Source: Botryllus schlosseri
Taxonomy: Eukaryota
DNA length: 64,000 nucleotides
NCBI GenBank assembly: GCA_051294905.1
Contig: CM119372.1
Span: forward strand, 30,754,001-30,818,000
Direction: 5' to 3'
The translations under genes were made by a program, and so were the position numbers. The notes under the pieces are model-generated. The model was given only the letters and a program-made list of their open reading frames with translations, did not search any database and was not told the origin of the DNA. This document shows, piece by piece, positions 1-11,964 of the stretch (within the stretch, counting starts at the first letter, position 1; each line of letters starts with the position of its first letter).

Positions 1-3000
1 TAGATTCGTGGTTTTAATTGGATTGTGATTGCGCTGTTTTAATGTATGGTTCAACATAGAGACTTGACGCTGAACAACGACTCGATACACTAAACAATTT
101 GTCACTGGTGTGCAAAGGGTTAGGAAAATTTTAATGCAGCTCCATCTATTGGTTGATTTGTTGTGAGGACAATCATGTGATGACTCAGTACTTTTCGGTA
201 GCAAAGTAGATTGATCCATGTGAAAGATGTAAGGACCGTGACTAGAAAACATATGTACTCTGTTGTTGGAGTATCTGGTTTATTGTTATGACATTGACAG
301 AACCCTCGGGAAGTGGATATGCTTTTCTTTCACGAAAGTTTACGCGACTCCGTTGTAATGAATTTGTGTTAACTAAACTTGGATGGATACCGCAATTGTG
401 CTCGACTTACACATGGTATTCGCATACTGCACGCATACAAACTTTTGTGTAAACAACTCTGATGTTTCTGTTCGTACTAGTTCTGTGTTGAACTATTTGA
501 TTATTAAGATACATGAACAACCATTCAGGCAATAAAGTTCTTGTGACATCGAAACAGTTTGAAAGCGCCACCAATCATTGTACAGATTCGTAGCATGAGC
601 GAGTATTTTCGTGTGTCATGAATATCTTTCGTATACACTTAGTATGGAATGAGATAAAAATTAGTGTCCTTCAAAAGTAAAACATGTTGTGTTTGATTGC
701 ATACTTTTTATCGTTGATCGTTGTGGTTTTGAAAGATGGATGAGTTAACATTTACATATAGTAAGCGGAACAACTCAAGTAATAAATTTTACTCGTTTGA
801 AAATACCGATCAATGGAGTAACGGTATCAATATGAATGGTATATTATTTTTTGCGATATGTACCAACCTTCTAAGTAAAACTTGTCAAAAATTTATCATG
901 TCATTGAAAAGTCGGTTGTTACGAATTCGACACAAATGTACTTCGATTATTACGATGATGAAAATTACGATCAACGGGTATTTCGAGGTGGATGTGTATC
1001 GTTTGGTATGTTCACTAATCACTAAATGTCGGTTAGTTAAACGATACATTTACAAGTTTACCGAAATCTTGATTTACAAATGACAGCTTGATGATGTAAA
1101 GCTCAACCACTCAAATGTGTTCATTGCAAAGTATTTGACCCAAAAAAAATATCCAATGGAGACCAACACATTGGTTTGATTTCCGAGTGGGTGAAAATTT
1201 TTCTGCTGGACCTATATGATTTACATTTAGAAAAACGATCTACACCGATTAGGCGACACTGTTTAATATCTAATGAGTGAGTGAAATTTGTTAGGGGTTT
1301 GATTTATCGAGTTAACTACCAGCGATTCAATCAGATCCAAGTAACGTATTTTAGTGGCCGAGTATTGTGACGAATGACAAGGGGAAAATTTCCAATTTCT
1401 CTGATCGTGTGTGTTACACAATTAGTTCTATTACGCATTCAGTGAACATCATACAAATTGACAACAACTTTCCTTAGTTTGGTTACATGATGACAATTAT
1501 TCTGGAGGTTCAAATCGATATCGCTACTATGAACAGCAATACAAACACATTTTTGTAGATTTCAGTGTAGCACATACTTCGATATTATTGTTATGGGTTT
1601 TGTATTAACCAAGACCAGTTGAATAGAATCTATCCAATAAAGATACCTCTATTTACTTTTTTTGATGATCAAAGTCTTTGAGTGTGACCTCGTAATGTTT
1701 TTACATTTCACGCATTTTCGACAGAGAGTGTGAACAGAGTTTAACACAGATTAAATGACACCGCCCCGGAGCCCAAAGTGATATTTTCGTACTGCGTAAT
1801 GTGCGTATGTTTCAATTCGATGTCGCAGATTCCGACAATAAAGTATTGCACCGGTTGCTAATCAGCAAACGAAATTGTTGTTTCATCTTTAGTTTTGGTT
1901 ACTGGAAACAATTACATTTGTAAAATATTTTCTGATATCCGCGATACGCAGAGTCATATGTACCAAGGTAGAATAATTTTCCAATCATGAACATTTCGGA
2001 CACGCATAGTTTTACAACTCGATATGTTAATAACAACGGTACTGAAAAGATTGTTGTTGTCATAACCTTTACCACAACGCCGGGTCTAATTAACACGAAT
2101 AATTTAATAATCAAGTCATGATCAACTATTACATATGACGCATCTATGTATCAATCCTTAGGTTTACAGAATGGTAACTTTCGGTATAACACCAGCGTTC
2201 GATTGTAAGAAATGAAGTCGCAACTATACGTTGATCAGACTTTCAAATCTCGTATACTCAAACATATTATGTTAATCTCAAGTCACCTGCACCGGGTAGT
2301 AATTACTTTTGTCTTACAAAATATATCGAGTAATAATTACTTTGTCTTGCAAAATATACCGCGTAGTAATTCCTCTATCTTACAGAATAGTAACGACTTT
2401 TAAAGTTGAATAAAAATGATGCATCGTAGGGATATGAGTACAACCGAACTTGTTATGGATTTTAGGTTGTAGTGATTGTATGGACTCGTGTATGCTTGGC
2501 TGACTGCTTGAGTTGGTCGGGTAAGTTACAAACGGATTTACTTGACAATGTTTTCGTGGTTGACTCTTTGAATATGGTAAGATGGTGAGATGTCGAGACG
2601 TAACACTATTTCCGTACACTCAATTACAACAAAACATAACCCGCATTCAAATAAGTCGTAAGCTACAAGTGGATTTAAACCTTGATGCTGTTTTGTGGTT
2701 AACTCAGGTCAGTGGTCACTGGTCATGTTTGTGTTGATTTCAGGAATGATCATGACGAGTTGGTCGGGTAAATTAGGTAATGTGGTAGTAACTATGACCT
2801 TACAGAGTTGCTGACATTCCAATATCTTTTACGCTGTAATATACGGATTCACTTGCGATCATTTAATTCTCAGTTATTGTTCAGACATTCAAATCTCGTA
2901 TACTCAAAATATAATATGTCCAAGTCAAATCGTATATGCACCGATTAGTAAATACTTTGTCTTCAGAATAGTAACAACCTTTAAAATTGAATAAAAAAAG

Positions 3001-3936
3001 ACCGATCATACGAATACAACCAGGATGAATTAATTCAAGTTTGCGAGTTGTAGTGATATAATCAAGTAAGTGAAAACTATATTTTTAACACCGGTTAATA
3101 TTATGAATAGTTCTTTTGAGTATGGTAAGATGTTAAAATGTCTCTTTGACAAACGGAAAGCCAGACCGTGAATAAAGTTGTAATGTTTCATTACTTGTTT
3201 CAAATCAATGTCTGTATAATATCGAAATGGTACTTGGAAAGATGGTAGTCCTGTTTGTCAATTTATTTCAATTCAGACTATGTCAAAGTCCAAATATTCG
3301 GTTTCGGATTATCTCAATTTACCTATAGAACATCTCGCGAATGGATTCCGACACCGTACTATAACTAGATCGCTATGTCTGATGCATTATCGCGTCACCG
3401 ACGTAGGATTTTACAATTATTTCACACCTTCTTGAATAAGCGTCAACTTCATAGAGGATTAGGGTTGGGCCAGAAATAAGTGAAAATTTGTCGGTATTCG
3501 AATCACCGTCTACGCCGGCTCTATGGTAAACTAATTACCAAAATATTACATTGTTAACGATCGGCATGTATGTAACAGCGAGTCGCGAGCGATGGTTATG
3601 TCTTAGGTATTATCTTGCGAGCGATCGCGGGTAGATTATCTGAATTTACCTTTAGTACATCCTGCGAATGGATTCCGACACCGCACCATACCATTTTTGA
3701 TAATAAGGACTCAAGGATTTTCAGCCAAGGAATACTTGAATTATTTTGGGTGATGGTAAAAAAGTGAATGATACGATTGTGCGTGCTTTTGTGAAGAGTT
3801 TGATTTGACAGTAATGAATGAATGTATAAATGTGTATACTTGTGATTCTTGTTGCGACTGTGAACAGCAGACTATTCTGTAGGTGCGAAACAGCGGTACG
3901 GAAGGTGCGAATAATCCGATCTGAAAGTATTATTCA

Positions 3937-4564
3937 GGTTACGTAGGAATCAATAGCCAGCGAGGAAAGACTTAGAACACGATCGGTCATTTGTCGCGAC
4001 TCAACTATGACGTCTTTAAGTAGAATCCTGTGAGCGATCCCTATACCTGTAACGTTATCATGTTGCGTCTATATCAGCTACGTCACCGTGTCACCGCATC
4101 CTTAAGAATAACGATATATCATTGTCGCATTCACCGTAAACGTTGGGATTACTTCAAATTGGTCATATATAATATTTTTGAATATAATACTAAGTAATGG
4201 CGTCACTGTTTACTATACTTGATATTCAACACATCTTCACCAGAGATCCCTATACCCGAAACGTTATCAGGTAGGTCATCGGCACAACGTACACCTGGAA
4301 GAGTGGTATCACCGACGAGACGGCAGGTCATCAGCGATAGGGGTCTGAAAGGGTACCATCACCAATACGAGTTTTCACGGCACATCACCGACGCAGCCTA
4401 TACCCGAAAGGGTACCATCACCAGAGATCCCATAAGAACATATGGCACCTCACCAGCGGAAGGGGGGGTCAAAAGGGTGCCATCACCAACACGAGTTTCG
4501 CGGCACCTCACCAGCGGGCCCATAAGAACCCCATAGCCGTTCGCGACCGATCTTTACTACTACT
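3937..4564. repeat. ~620-bp unit, copy 1; candidate Polinton/Maverick terminal repeat
   Basis: Near-identical to 9809-10424. Internal subrepeats (gaaagggtaccatcacca, ggcacctcaccagcgg, cccataagaac). Ends in ACTACTACT (AGTAGTAGT on the minus strand). The repeat is certain; the family call is tentative. Confidence 0.6.
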
Positions 4565-6646
4565 TACGTTATCCAAGAACTTGCTTTGATTAAAATATAA
4601 CAATTCGACAATTTGCACCTTACGCTAACAGATCTACGGAAAGTTTAACAATTAAATAACATGCCTCCTCTTTACGTCGCCTAGAGGACAAGGTGGGTGT
4701 CTAATTTAAAGACTAATCCAAATCGTTTCGGCACCTTCCTATCTTTGCATTGTATCGCAACCTCGTGGTGTATTGATTAGATAAAAATTTAATAATAAAG
4801 TGAACTGAACACCACTTGACCAATGATTTTCAACCATAAGAAGATCCACTTATGTGACTTCTATTTTGTGATTCAGCGCTCTTGTTTGGGGGTTGTCACA
4901 ACGGTAGGATGTCCCGCTTTATAATGTAGTTTGACTGTAGTTTTTTACAATTTACCCTTTCTGTCGCAACCACGTATCCTAGTTGAATAGGTGGTCGTTT
5001 TTACAAAAGTTTCACGTTATAAAGCTGAATGAGGAAAATGATTATTTAATCACCAATCTGTGGCATTTACTTCAAGGTGTAATGTTTGCTTGAACATTGT
5101 CGAGTTTATACTTAACACATTATTTACTTCACACATTACTTCAACACCCTGTGAAAGAATATCGTTTCCATTGATCCATTTCATTTCTTTTCATTCCTGT
5201 AGCGTAGTGATTCTTAAACGCTGCTGGGTCGCAGCCAAAACACTGGTTGCGAAGATTTTGGAAATGGGTGGCGACATCTAAAATCTGACACATTGTCTAT
5301 TCCAGGTGTGGGCAACCTGTCGACGAAGAAGGAAATTTGTGCGACCGTGACACGTAATTCAATTAGTATGTGTTGGCGGCCGTCGACAGGCTAATTGAAT
5401 TTGCGATTTGACTCCTGAATTTTTGAGAGATTTTAATTAAACTTGAAATTTTCTTCGCGCTATGCGCGATTCAATGCCATACTTCATTTTTCGTTCTTAT
5501 GTGGTAGCGCCCTTTGCGATCTGCGCCCCACAGCACAGATGCGAACAGCAGGGGGAAATGCTTCTAATCCACATATAGAAATACCAACTTGTAATCGTGT
5601 GCTTCTCACGTAAGAAATTTGTTTCTGGTACGTCTAGGACAGTGGTTCTCAACCATTTTGCCTTCGCGGACCCCTTTTGAACCATCACGGACCCCCAACG
5701 TTTTAGTTCAAATTTAGCTCAATTAACGTGCAACCGTCATCTGTCTTCTGCAACTAGTAACTGTAGGCTAGTGATAAACGGCAGCAAAATGTATTTTCTT
5801 GAAAATAACATCATACTATTTATGCATAATTTTGATAGACTTTTATTTGAAAGCGATTTCTGTAGCAGCATTTCTTGAAAAACGTGATCGTATCTCGAAA
5901 ATACGCGCCTGCGATTTGATATGAACGAGTGCCGAGAATCCATTTCCGCAAATATAGATGACGGTGACTCTAATAACACGTAATGCTTCCGACGAGACAT
6001 TTGGGTGTAATCGCAACATACATGGCACAAAAATTGAGAAACATATTTTTAATGAACATATAACGTCCAGCCTAGTTATTTCTATCAAGCAGCTAATTTT
6101 TAAGGTATTCCGGAATACTGGTGATGTATATATCACAGGGGAAAAGAGGTATTTGCAAACGTTTCGAAATCACCCTGATTGACAGGCACTGCTCCGAAGT
6201 TTTTATTCTTCTACACACCCCTACAAAACGCCTAATCTGTCGATGTGAGTCTCAAAGTTTTAGCAGCGATGAAGCGAAACTGCCTCTTTATTTCCATAAT
6301 TTAAAGCAGTGTTTCTCAACCCCGAGGCCGCGGACTCAAATGAGTCCGCGGAAGGACATGGATGAGTCCGCGAGCACAGGGATTTTCGGTAAATTAATCG
6401 ACGCACACGTTGACAAATTATCAACCCTCATGTTTTTCAATGGAAAAGCGGAAGTCTCATTTTGAATGTGTTATATTAGATGATTTTATATTGATAAAAC
6501 CTTACCAAACGATCATAGATCTTAATTTGGAGGTCAACGGACATAGTTTTAGCTTGAGCATGTCGAAAATCCTTTAAAAATATCGAAATTTACAGTTTTT
6601 TCGTCAATTTCCGATATGATTTCGGAATATGTAATTGACGGACCTA

Positions 6647-6728
6647 CGGGGCTCGTTCACTTTCGGACCAAAGTCATCACAGCCTTACGGAGAAAATAGC
6701 ATTTTGGTCCGAAAGTGCATGAGCCCCG
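6647..6728. mobile_element. Tiny TA-flanked hairpin MITE (Tc1/mariner-like)
   Basis: ta|cggggctcgttcactttcggaccaaa ... tttggtccgaaagtgcatgagccccg|ta: ~26-bp imperfect arms around a ~30-bp spacer. Confidence 0.6.
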
Positions 6729-7913
6729 TACTGGTCCGGGTTCGTCAAATTCAGATTTGAGACTTGGGCTTCAACCTTGATGGGTGATTCGCAAAATACA
6801 ACTCTTGAACTGTTAGTCACCTCAATAGCTGTCATATAAAATACAAAGATACCCAAATATGTGACTAGCGGTACTGAGCTTGAATAGTGCTTCCAGGACT
6901 ATATTCATTGAAGTAGAATTTATTACCTCGAAGACTTTTCGCGTTCCCCTTATCAAGAGATATACAATAAGAAGGAGAAAGAGTTTGTCTACAATCGTTA
7001 TATAAGTATGCCATAAATATATACCGCTAATTGTCTGTGTAACGTCTTCTGTGTATTGTATAATTTTATTTTCTCTTGTCCCTTTATTAGACTACCACTA
7101 CCGGTACAGGTGACTTTGGCGAGCTAGCGTTCCTTTTTATTATTACATTGTTACGTCATATTTTGCCAATTTGGTTTTCGTTAGAACCTATTTCTGTATG
7201 TAGGCTATATGCTTCTTGTACCGTTAACTCTTGATGAGGGTCATACGAAATGCCTTCAAGTTAATAAATTATACTACAATGAATGTAGTTTGGAAAGCAA
7301 TATCAGAGATACCTCAATAAGCGATGTTCGCCACGTATATTTCAAACGCAAGAACAACGAAACAGAAAGCTCTACAACAAATTGTTCAACATTCCAAGCA
7401 ATATTCGTTCTCCTGAAATGTTCTGTGTCTTGGGCAATCCAGTTGGTTGCAAGTATCACAGGCAAGACGGGTATGCTTTGCACATCTGTAGCATCTTCCT
7501 GGCTTGATACCAAATATTTCAGGTATGCCTATAAACCCTTATTATCGCCAACTGGAATTTTTCAAAATGCCCTACATTTATGCCCGAGGTAGCCCATTGG
7601 TAAAATTGTCATAACCAATTCTATCCTGGTTATAAATGTACAATTTTGGTCTGATTGACTTGAATTTGGTACGCTTGGATGCGGAATTTGACGCTGAGTA
7701 TTCACATACCGAAAATGCCAGGTATAAACCCCTATGACAGCTCTTTATACACACTTATGCACGCGTTTTCGGCGCGATATACGCTGAGTGTTATTGTATT
7801 TATTGCGACTTATGATCCACTTGTAGACGTTATTTGGATATTGATAAATCGTAGGGACATGTTCTCATCACAGAAACAATCTATAGTTGTCTATTATCAG
7901 TAGAACTCGAAAT

Positions 7914-8251
7914 ATGGACTACATTACTGAACATGAACAGTTGTTTGCATTGCAAAGCCGACAGATATGGAAAGACAACTTTAAAAAGACTTCTTTGACT
8001 CAATTTTGGGCAAATGTGCAGTTGATGGAGCATAGTCTTTCAGATCTTTGCTAGCAAGCTGCAACAGCTCTTTTGCCATTTCCAACCACATACCTGTGTA
8101 AATCTGACTTTTCAATCCTGACGATGATCAGAAGAAGTACCGCAATAGACTTCAACCGGAAGATGACATCAGATGTAGGCCTACGTTGACAACCATAATT
8201 CCGGAATTCGACAAACTTGTCAAGCAAGTTCAAGGACAAGGCTCTAATTGA
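7914..8251 (+). pseudogene. Buster/Charlie transposase C-terminal remnant
   Basis: Translates EHEQLFALQS...FKKTSLTQFWANV...*QAATALLPFPTTYLCKSDFSILTMI, then after frameshifts KYRNRLQPEDDIRC...IPEFDKLVKQVQGQGSN*. Matches the LLPFxTTYLCExGFS...KYRNRL motif of ZBED5/Buster-type transposases. Confidence 0.85.
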
Positions 8252-9808
8252 GTGTGTGTTGAGTGAAAAACAGTGCTTGATTTTTTCGTTGATACCGTAT
8301 TAAACTCTCTTGGATATAAATCAAAAAACCTAATTTTTGTTAATATATAGCTTGAGTCCGCGGATATATAGGCGGGCTTGAGAATAGTCCGCGGGCCAAA
8401 AAGGTTGAGAACCACTGATTTAAAGAAATACAAATTAGGTTATCAACCATTTTGCAAATTTGGAGGTTACGCAGACCCCCTGAAAAGGCTTCGCGGACTC
8501 CCGGTCAAGAACCACTGGAGGCGATTCCAATATATTTCCACTTAAGCCTACGTTGCCTACCGACAATCCTGATGGATGCGTAACTTGCCCTAAATTTCCG
8601 AAGACACTACCTCCATCAACTCCACCAGTGAATATGATCACATGGGCTGATAAAGGATAAATATTTGATGGTAATATGTGAATCTACAAATACTAATGAC
8701 GAAATTCATTTGTGAATCTGACAACTTTTTCGCCGCTGGCGCGACCGTGACGTACACCAGCAATTATTCCAAACATGGCCACTCGCTATTTCGGTGCGTA
8801 TATAGTAAGCCGAGACGAGAAAGTGGATCAGTCCTTAATTCATTGGGAATAGAAATGGACATTGGACAGTCTAACATGGGTATTTCTCGCCCAGTTAGTT
8901 CATTACAGCTTATGCACTGGAATGCGGCCGCAGGCTCATAAGTATTCGAAATGTGGCTGTAAATAGCAAGAAGGTTGCCCCCATAGTTAGTTGCATCTTG
9001 GTTTCCTTCATGCATGTTATTACCGCCACTTCAAGCTACCGAGTAAAGTAAAACAAGTAAACGACGAGCTACAAGATTCACTAATTAACCGGTGACATGA
9101 TTAAGTCTGCCGTGACAAATTTCTAGATGTATATCTCACTGAATTGTGGATCCAGGTGTCCCCATCATATCTACATATGTAAAAATATACTGCTTTTAAA
9201 CAAAACGTGGTAGTGTGAGTTAGCATATGAAGTTACAATTTTGCCAGAGAGAGCGATCAAATAGCCTGATAGGCCTGTGCAGAATGCAGATTGGATATGA
9301 AAAAACGAGTAGCCTATTGAATGAATCACCGATTTGGGTTTCTATATTTGCAACCCACGCCAGTGAGAATTATGCAGCATGCAGTATCATCAACTGGAAC
9401 GACGGAAACGGGAAAGCGATCTTTCATCATATTGTACTGAATTAGGCAATGTCACTTGAAACGCTTGCTGATGGATATTCCTACTGCACAGTATGCGCAT
9501 TGCGCAATCTGCGCATTCAATAAGAACAAAATAACCGGCAATATTACGTACCGTTAGGAAAAAGAGCCACGTACACCCGTTCGGTTATTGATCCTATCTA
9601 ACTGCCACAAAAACGTTGCTACTATCTCCCAACCTTAAATGAATCGAGAGACGTCAAAAGTCCACCCCTATATTATAATGAATGCTTGCAGGACTATATA
9701 CAGCAGCAACCAAGTGTAGTAAAACGGGAACAATACTGTCAAATTTTCTCTACAACACTGTCATTCTGCTTCCGGATCAAGGCGGTAATAAAAGGTTATA
9801 AATTGGTT

Positions 9809-10424
9809 GGTTACGTAGGAATCAATAGCCAGCGAGGAAAGACTTAGAACACGATCGGTCATTTGTCGCGACTCAACTATGACGTCTTTAAGTAGAATCC
9901 TGTGAGCGATCCCTATACCTGTAACGTTATCATGTTGCGTCTATATCAGCTACGTCACCGTGTCACCGCATCCTTAAGAATAACGATATATCATTGTCGC
10001 ATTCACCGTAAACGTTGGGATTACTTCAAATTGGTCATATATAATATTTATGAATATATTACTAAGTAATGGCGTCACTGTTTACTATACTTGATATTCA
10101 ACACCACCCTATACCCGTAACGTTATCAGGTAGGTCATCGGCACAACGTATACCTGGAAGAGTGGTATCACCGACGAGACGGCAGGTCATCACCGATAGG
10201 GGGTCTGAAAGGGTACCATCACCAATACGAGTTTTCACGGCACATCACCGACGCAGCCTATACCCGAAAGGGTACCATCACCAGAGATCCCATAAGAACA
10301 CATGGCACCTCACCAGCGGAAGGGGGGGTCAAAAGGGTGCCATCACCAACACGAGTTTCGCGGCACCTCACCAGCGGGCCCATAAGAACCCCATAGCCGT
10401 TCGCGACCGATCTATACTACTACT
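9809..10424. repeat. ~620-bp unit, copy 2 (direct repeat of 3937-4564)
   Basis: Same start (ggttacgtaggaatcaatagccagcg) and end (gttcgcgaccgatctatactactact). Differs by a few substitutions and a short indel near 10103. Confidence 0.85.
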
Positions 10425-10879
10425 AACGTATTCCGGGGACCAAATAGATAGATAAGAATGTCATAGTTTTCTGGAATAAATGGGAAAAGTGGATGAGTTA
10501 AAACAGGTCCAATTTGTCCATGTATATTTCGTATCATCAAATACCAAGCAGATAGCCAGCAGAGGGCAAGAATGAGCTGCAACTCCTAGATTTATGTTTT
10601 GAAGCCATGTGACAGCCCAAGATTGAGCGTCATGATTAGGGTCATTTAAAGTCATTACAGTCGTATTATTTCTATGCATAAGTCGTGAAATCAATTTTAA
10701 CGCAAAACCGCATCCCTATGAGGTATATTAAGAAAGTTATAAAGTCATATAAAGTCATGTTATCCTGGTTAGGCCTTTTAAGTTGTATAGTCATATTTTT
10801 GAGTTATAAAGTCATATCGTTGTATACTTTGACTGAAAAATACCAATTTAACCGGTGAAGCAGTTAAGCACTAAGAAAG

Positions 10880-11261
10880 TAAGGCAGTTACTCATTGGCG
10901 TAGCTGGTTGAATTCTGCTCAATATGACGCCGAGAGACCTCCACAAGTTAAAGAAATACTCAATGCATAGGAATGTGAAGGAGTTATTGTAAAGATCATT
11001 AAAAAAAACGACCTAAAGTTGACTAATCAGTTGACAAAAATATGTTTCCACAATATTTCAAACTTAATACTCAAAATAGAAAGTTGTACATACATCATCA
11101 AAGAGGCCCATGCTTTACTAAATGCCCTTGATTTCGGAAAAGATCCGCTTGAGCTCAAAAATTACATTAAGAAGCGATTGGACAGAAAAGATGTGGAACA
11201 AATTATGGAGCAACAAAAACAAGACAATTTACCAGCGCTTTATGCAAAACTGCAGAATTGA
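10880..11261 (+). pseudogene. Possible death-effector-domain (DED)-like gene relic
   Basis: RQLLIGVAG*ILLNMTPRDLHKLKKY... then, in another frame, ...IKEAHALLNALD...LKNYIKKRLDRKDVEQIM. Resembles DED N-terminal helices and the terminal RxD(L/V) motif. Contains a stop and a frameshift. Judged by eye only. Confidence 0.3.
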
Positions 11262-11585
11262 ATAGTATATTCATACTGAAATGAAACCCGAATATTTTCG
11301 GCTGACACTCGTCAGGGGTAATCGTCAGCAACTAGTAGAGAATAAGAAAGAACATTGTATATCAACACTCGTATCACAAAATATGACGTCACCAGCATGA
11401 AACTTCGAATGAGAGAGCGTTCAGTGCACTATTCCCAGGTGGTACATGAACTCCTTCTATTGACAGAGTTTCGGTTGGTTTATTTTGATAAAAGTCGACT
11501 CCAAGGCACACAAGTGGAAGTATGAACGGCCCCTCCCAATAACACGACATTTTTCATCTCTATTAATATTCGCACAATTATTCAC
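11256..11585 (-). mobile_element. Penelope-like element 3' fragment (GIY-YIG ORF end, pLTR and hammerhead motif)
   Basis: Minus strand 11585-11421 translates VNNCANINRDEKCRVIGRGRSYFHLCALESTFIKINQPKLCQ*KEFMYHLGIVH*, like the C-terminus of Penelope-like RT/GIY-YIG proteins (FHLxxLExxxIxxxxPxLCxQKE). Followed by a hammerhead motif at 11319-11286. Confidence 0.8.
11286..11319 (-). ncRNA. Minimal type I hammerhead ribozyme motif
   Basis: ACCC-CUGACGA-GUGUCAGCC-GAAA-AUAU-UC-GGGU on the minus strand. Confidence 0.75.
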
Positions 11586-11964
11586 ACTTGTACAGTACAC
11601 ATTGTACACGATACCTAGCGACGACTCGGCCTACATAAAGTCACAATGATGAAGTAGCCTACATATTGACGTCTAAAACGTAGCCAAATGTATCAACTGG
11701 GGCAATCACATGGCATATTAATCACATAAAAACAATATCATCCGTCGCTTTGCCAACAATTTCGACGACGAATTGCAAGGGAATGTAAGCTTACGCCTTA
11801 ACGGTCTGGGCCAGACCGAACAATGTATTCGGTGTCTGAGTATTGCTATGTTGATATTGAGCAGAGTGTAAAACGGGTTTCTATAGGCTACTTGCTATCG
11901 ATATTACCCCATTAACAAGTTATACAGCAATAGCCAACACCCCAATCGCACTGACGCAATAAAC

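Larger units (their letters stand above)
6307..8417 (+). mobile_element. hAT (Buster/Charlie) deletion derivative, 2111 bp
   Basis: TIRs cagtgtttctcaacc / ggttgagaaccactg; exact 8-bp TSD ATTTAAAG on both sides. Confidence 0.9.
5640..8517 (-). mobile_element. Degenerate hAT (Buster/Charlie) element hosting a nested hAT
   Basis: Termini cagtggttctcaacc / ggtcaagaaccactg with gcggacccc subterminal motifs. Minus-strand remnant HPNVSSEALRVIRVTVIYICGNGFSALVHIKSQAR (~5905-6010) resembles the Buster C-terminal dimerisation region. No TSD retained. Confidence 0.6.

Noticed and set aside
4219..4536. ORFs at 4219-4536 and 10069-10455 in the duplicated unit
   Set aside because: The two copies differ by frameshifts, and peptide repeats simply mirror DNA subrepeats; no evidence of coding.
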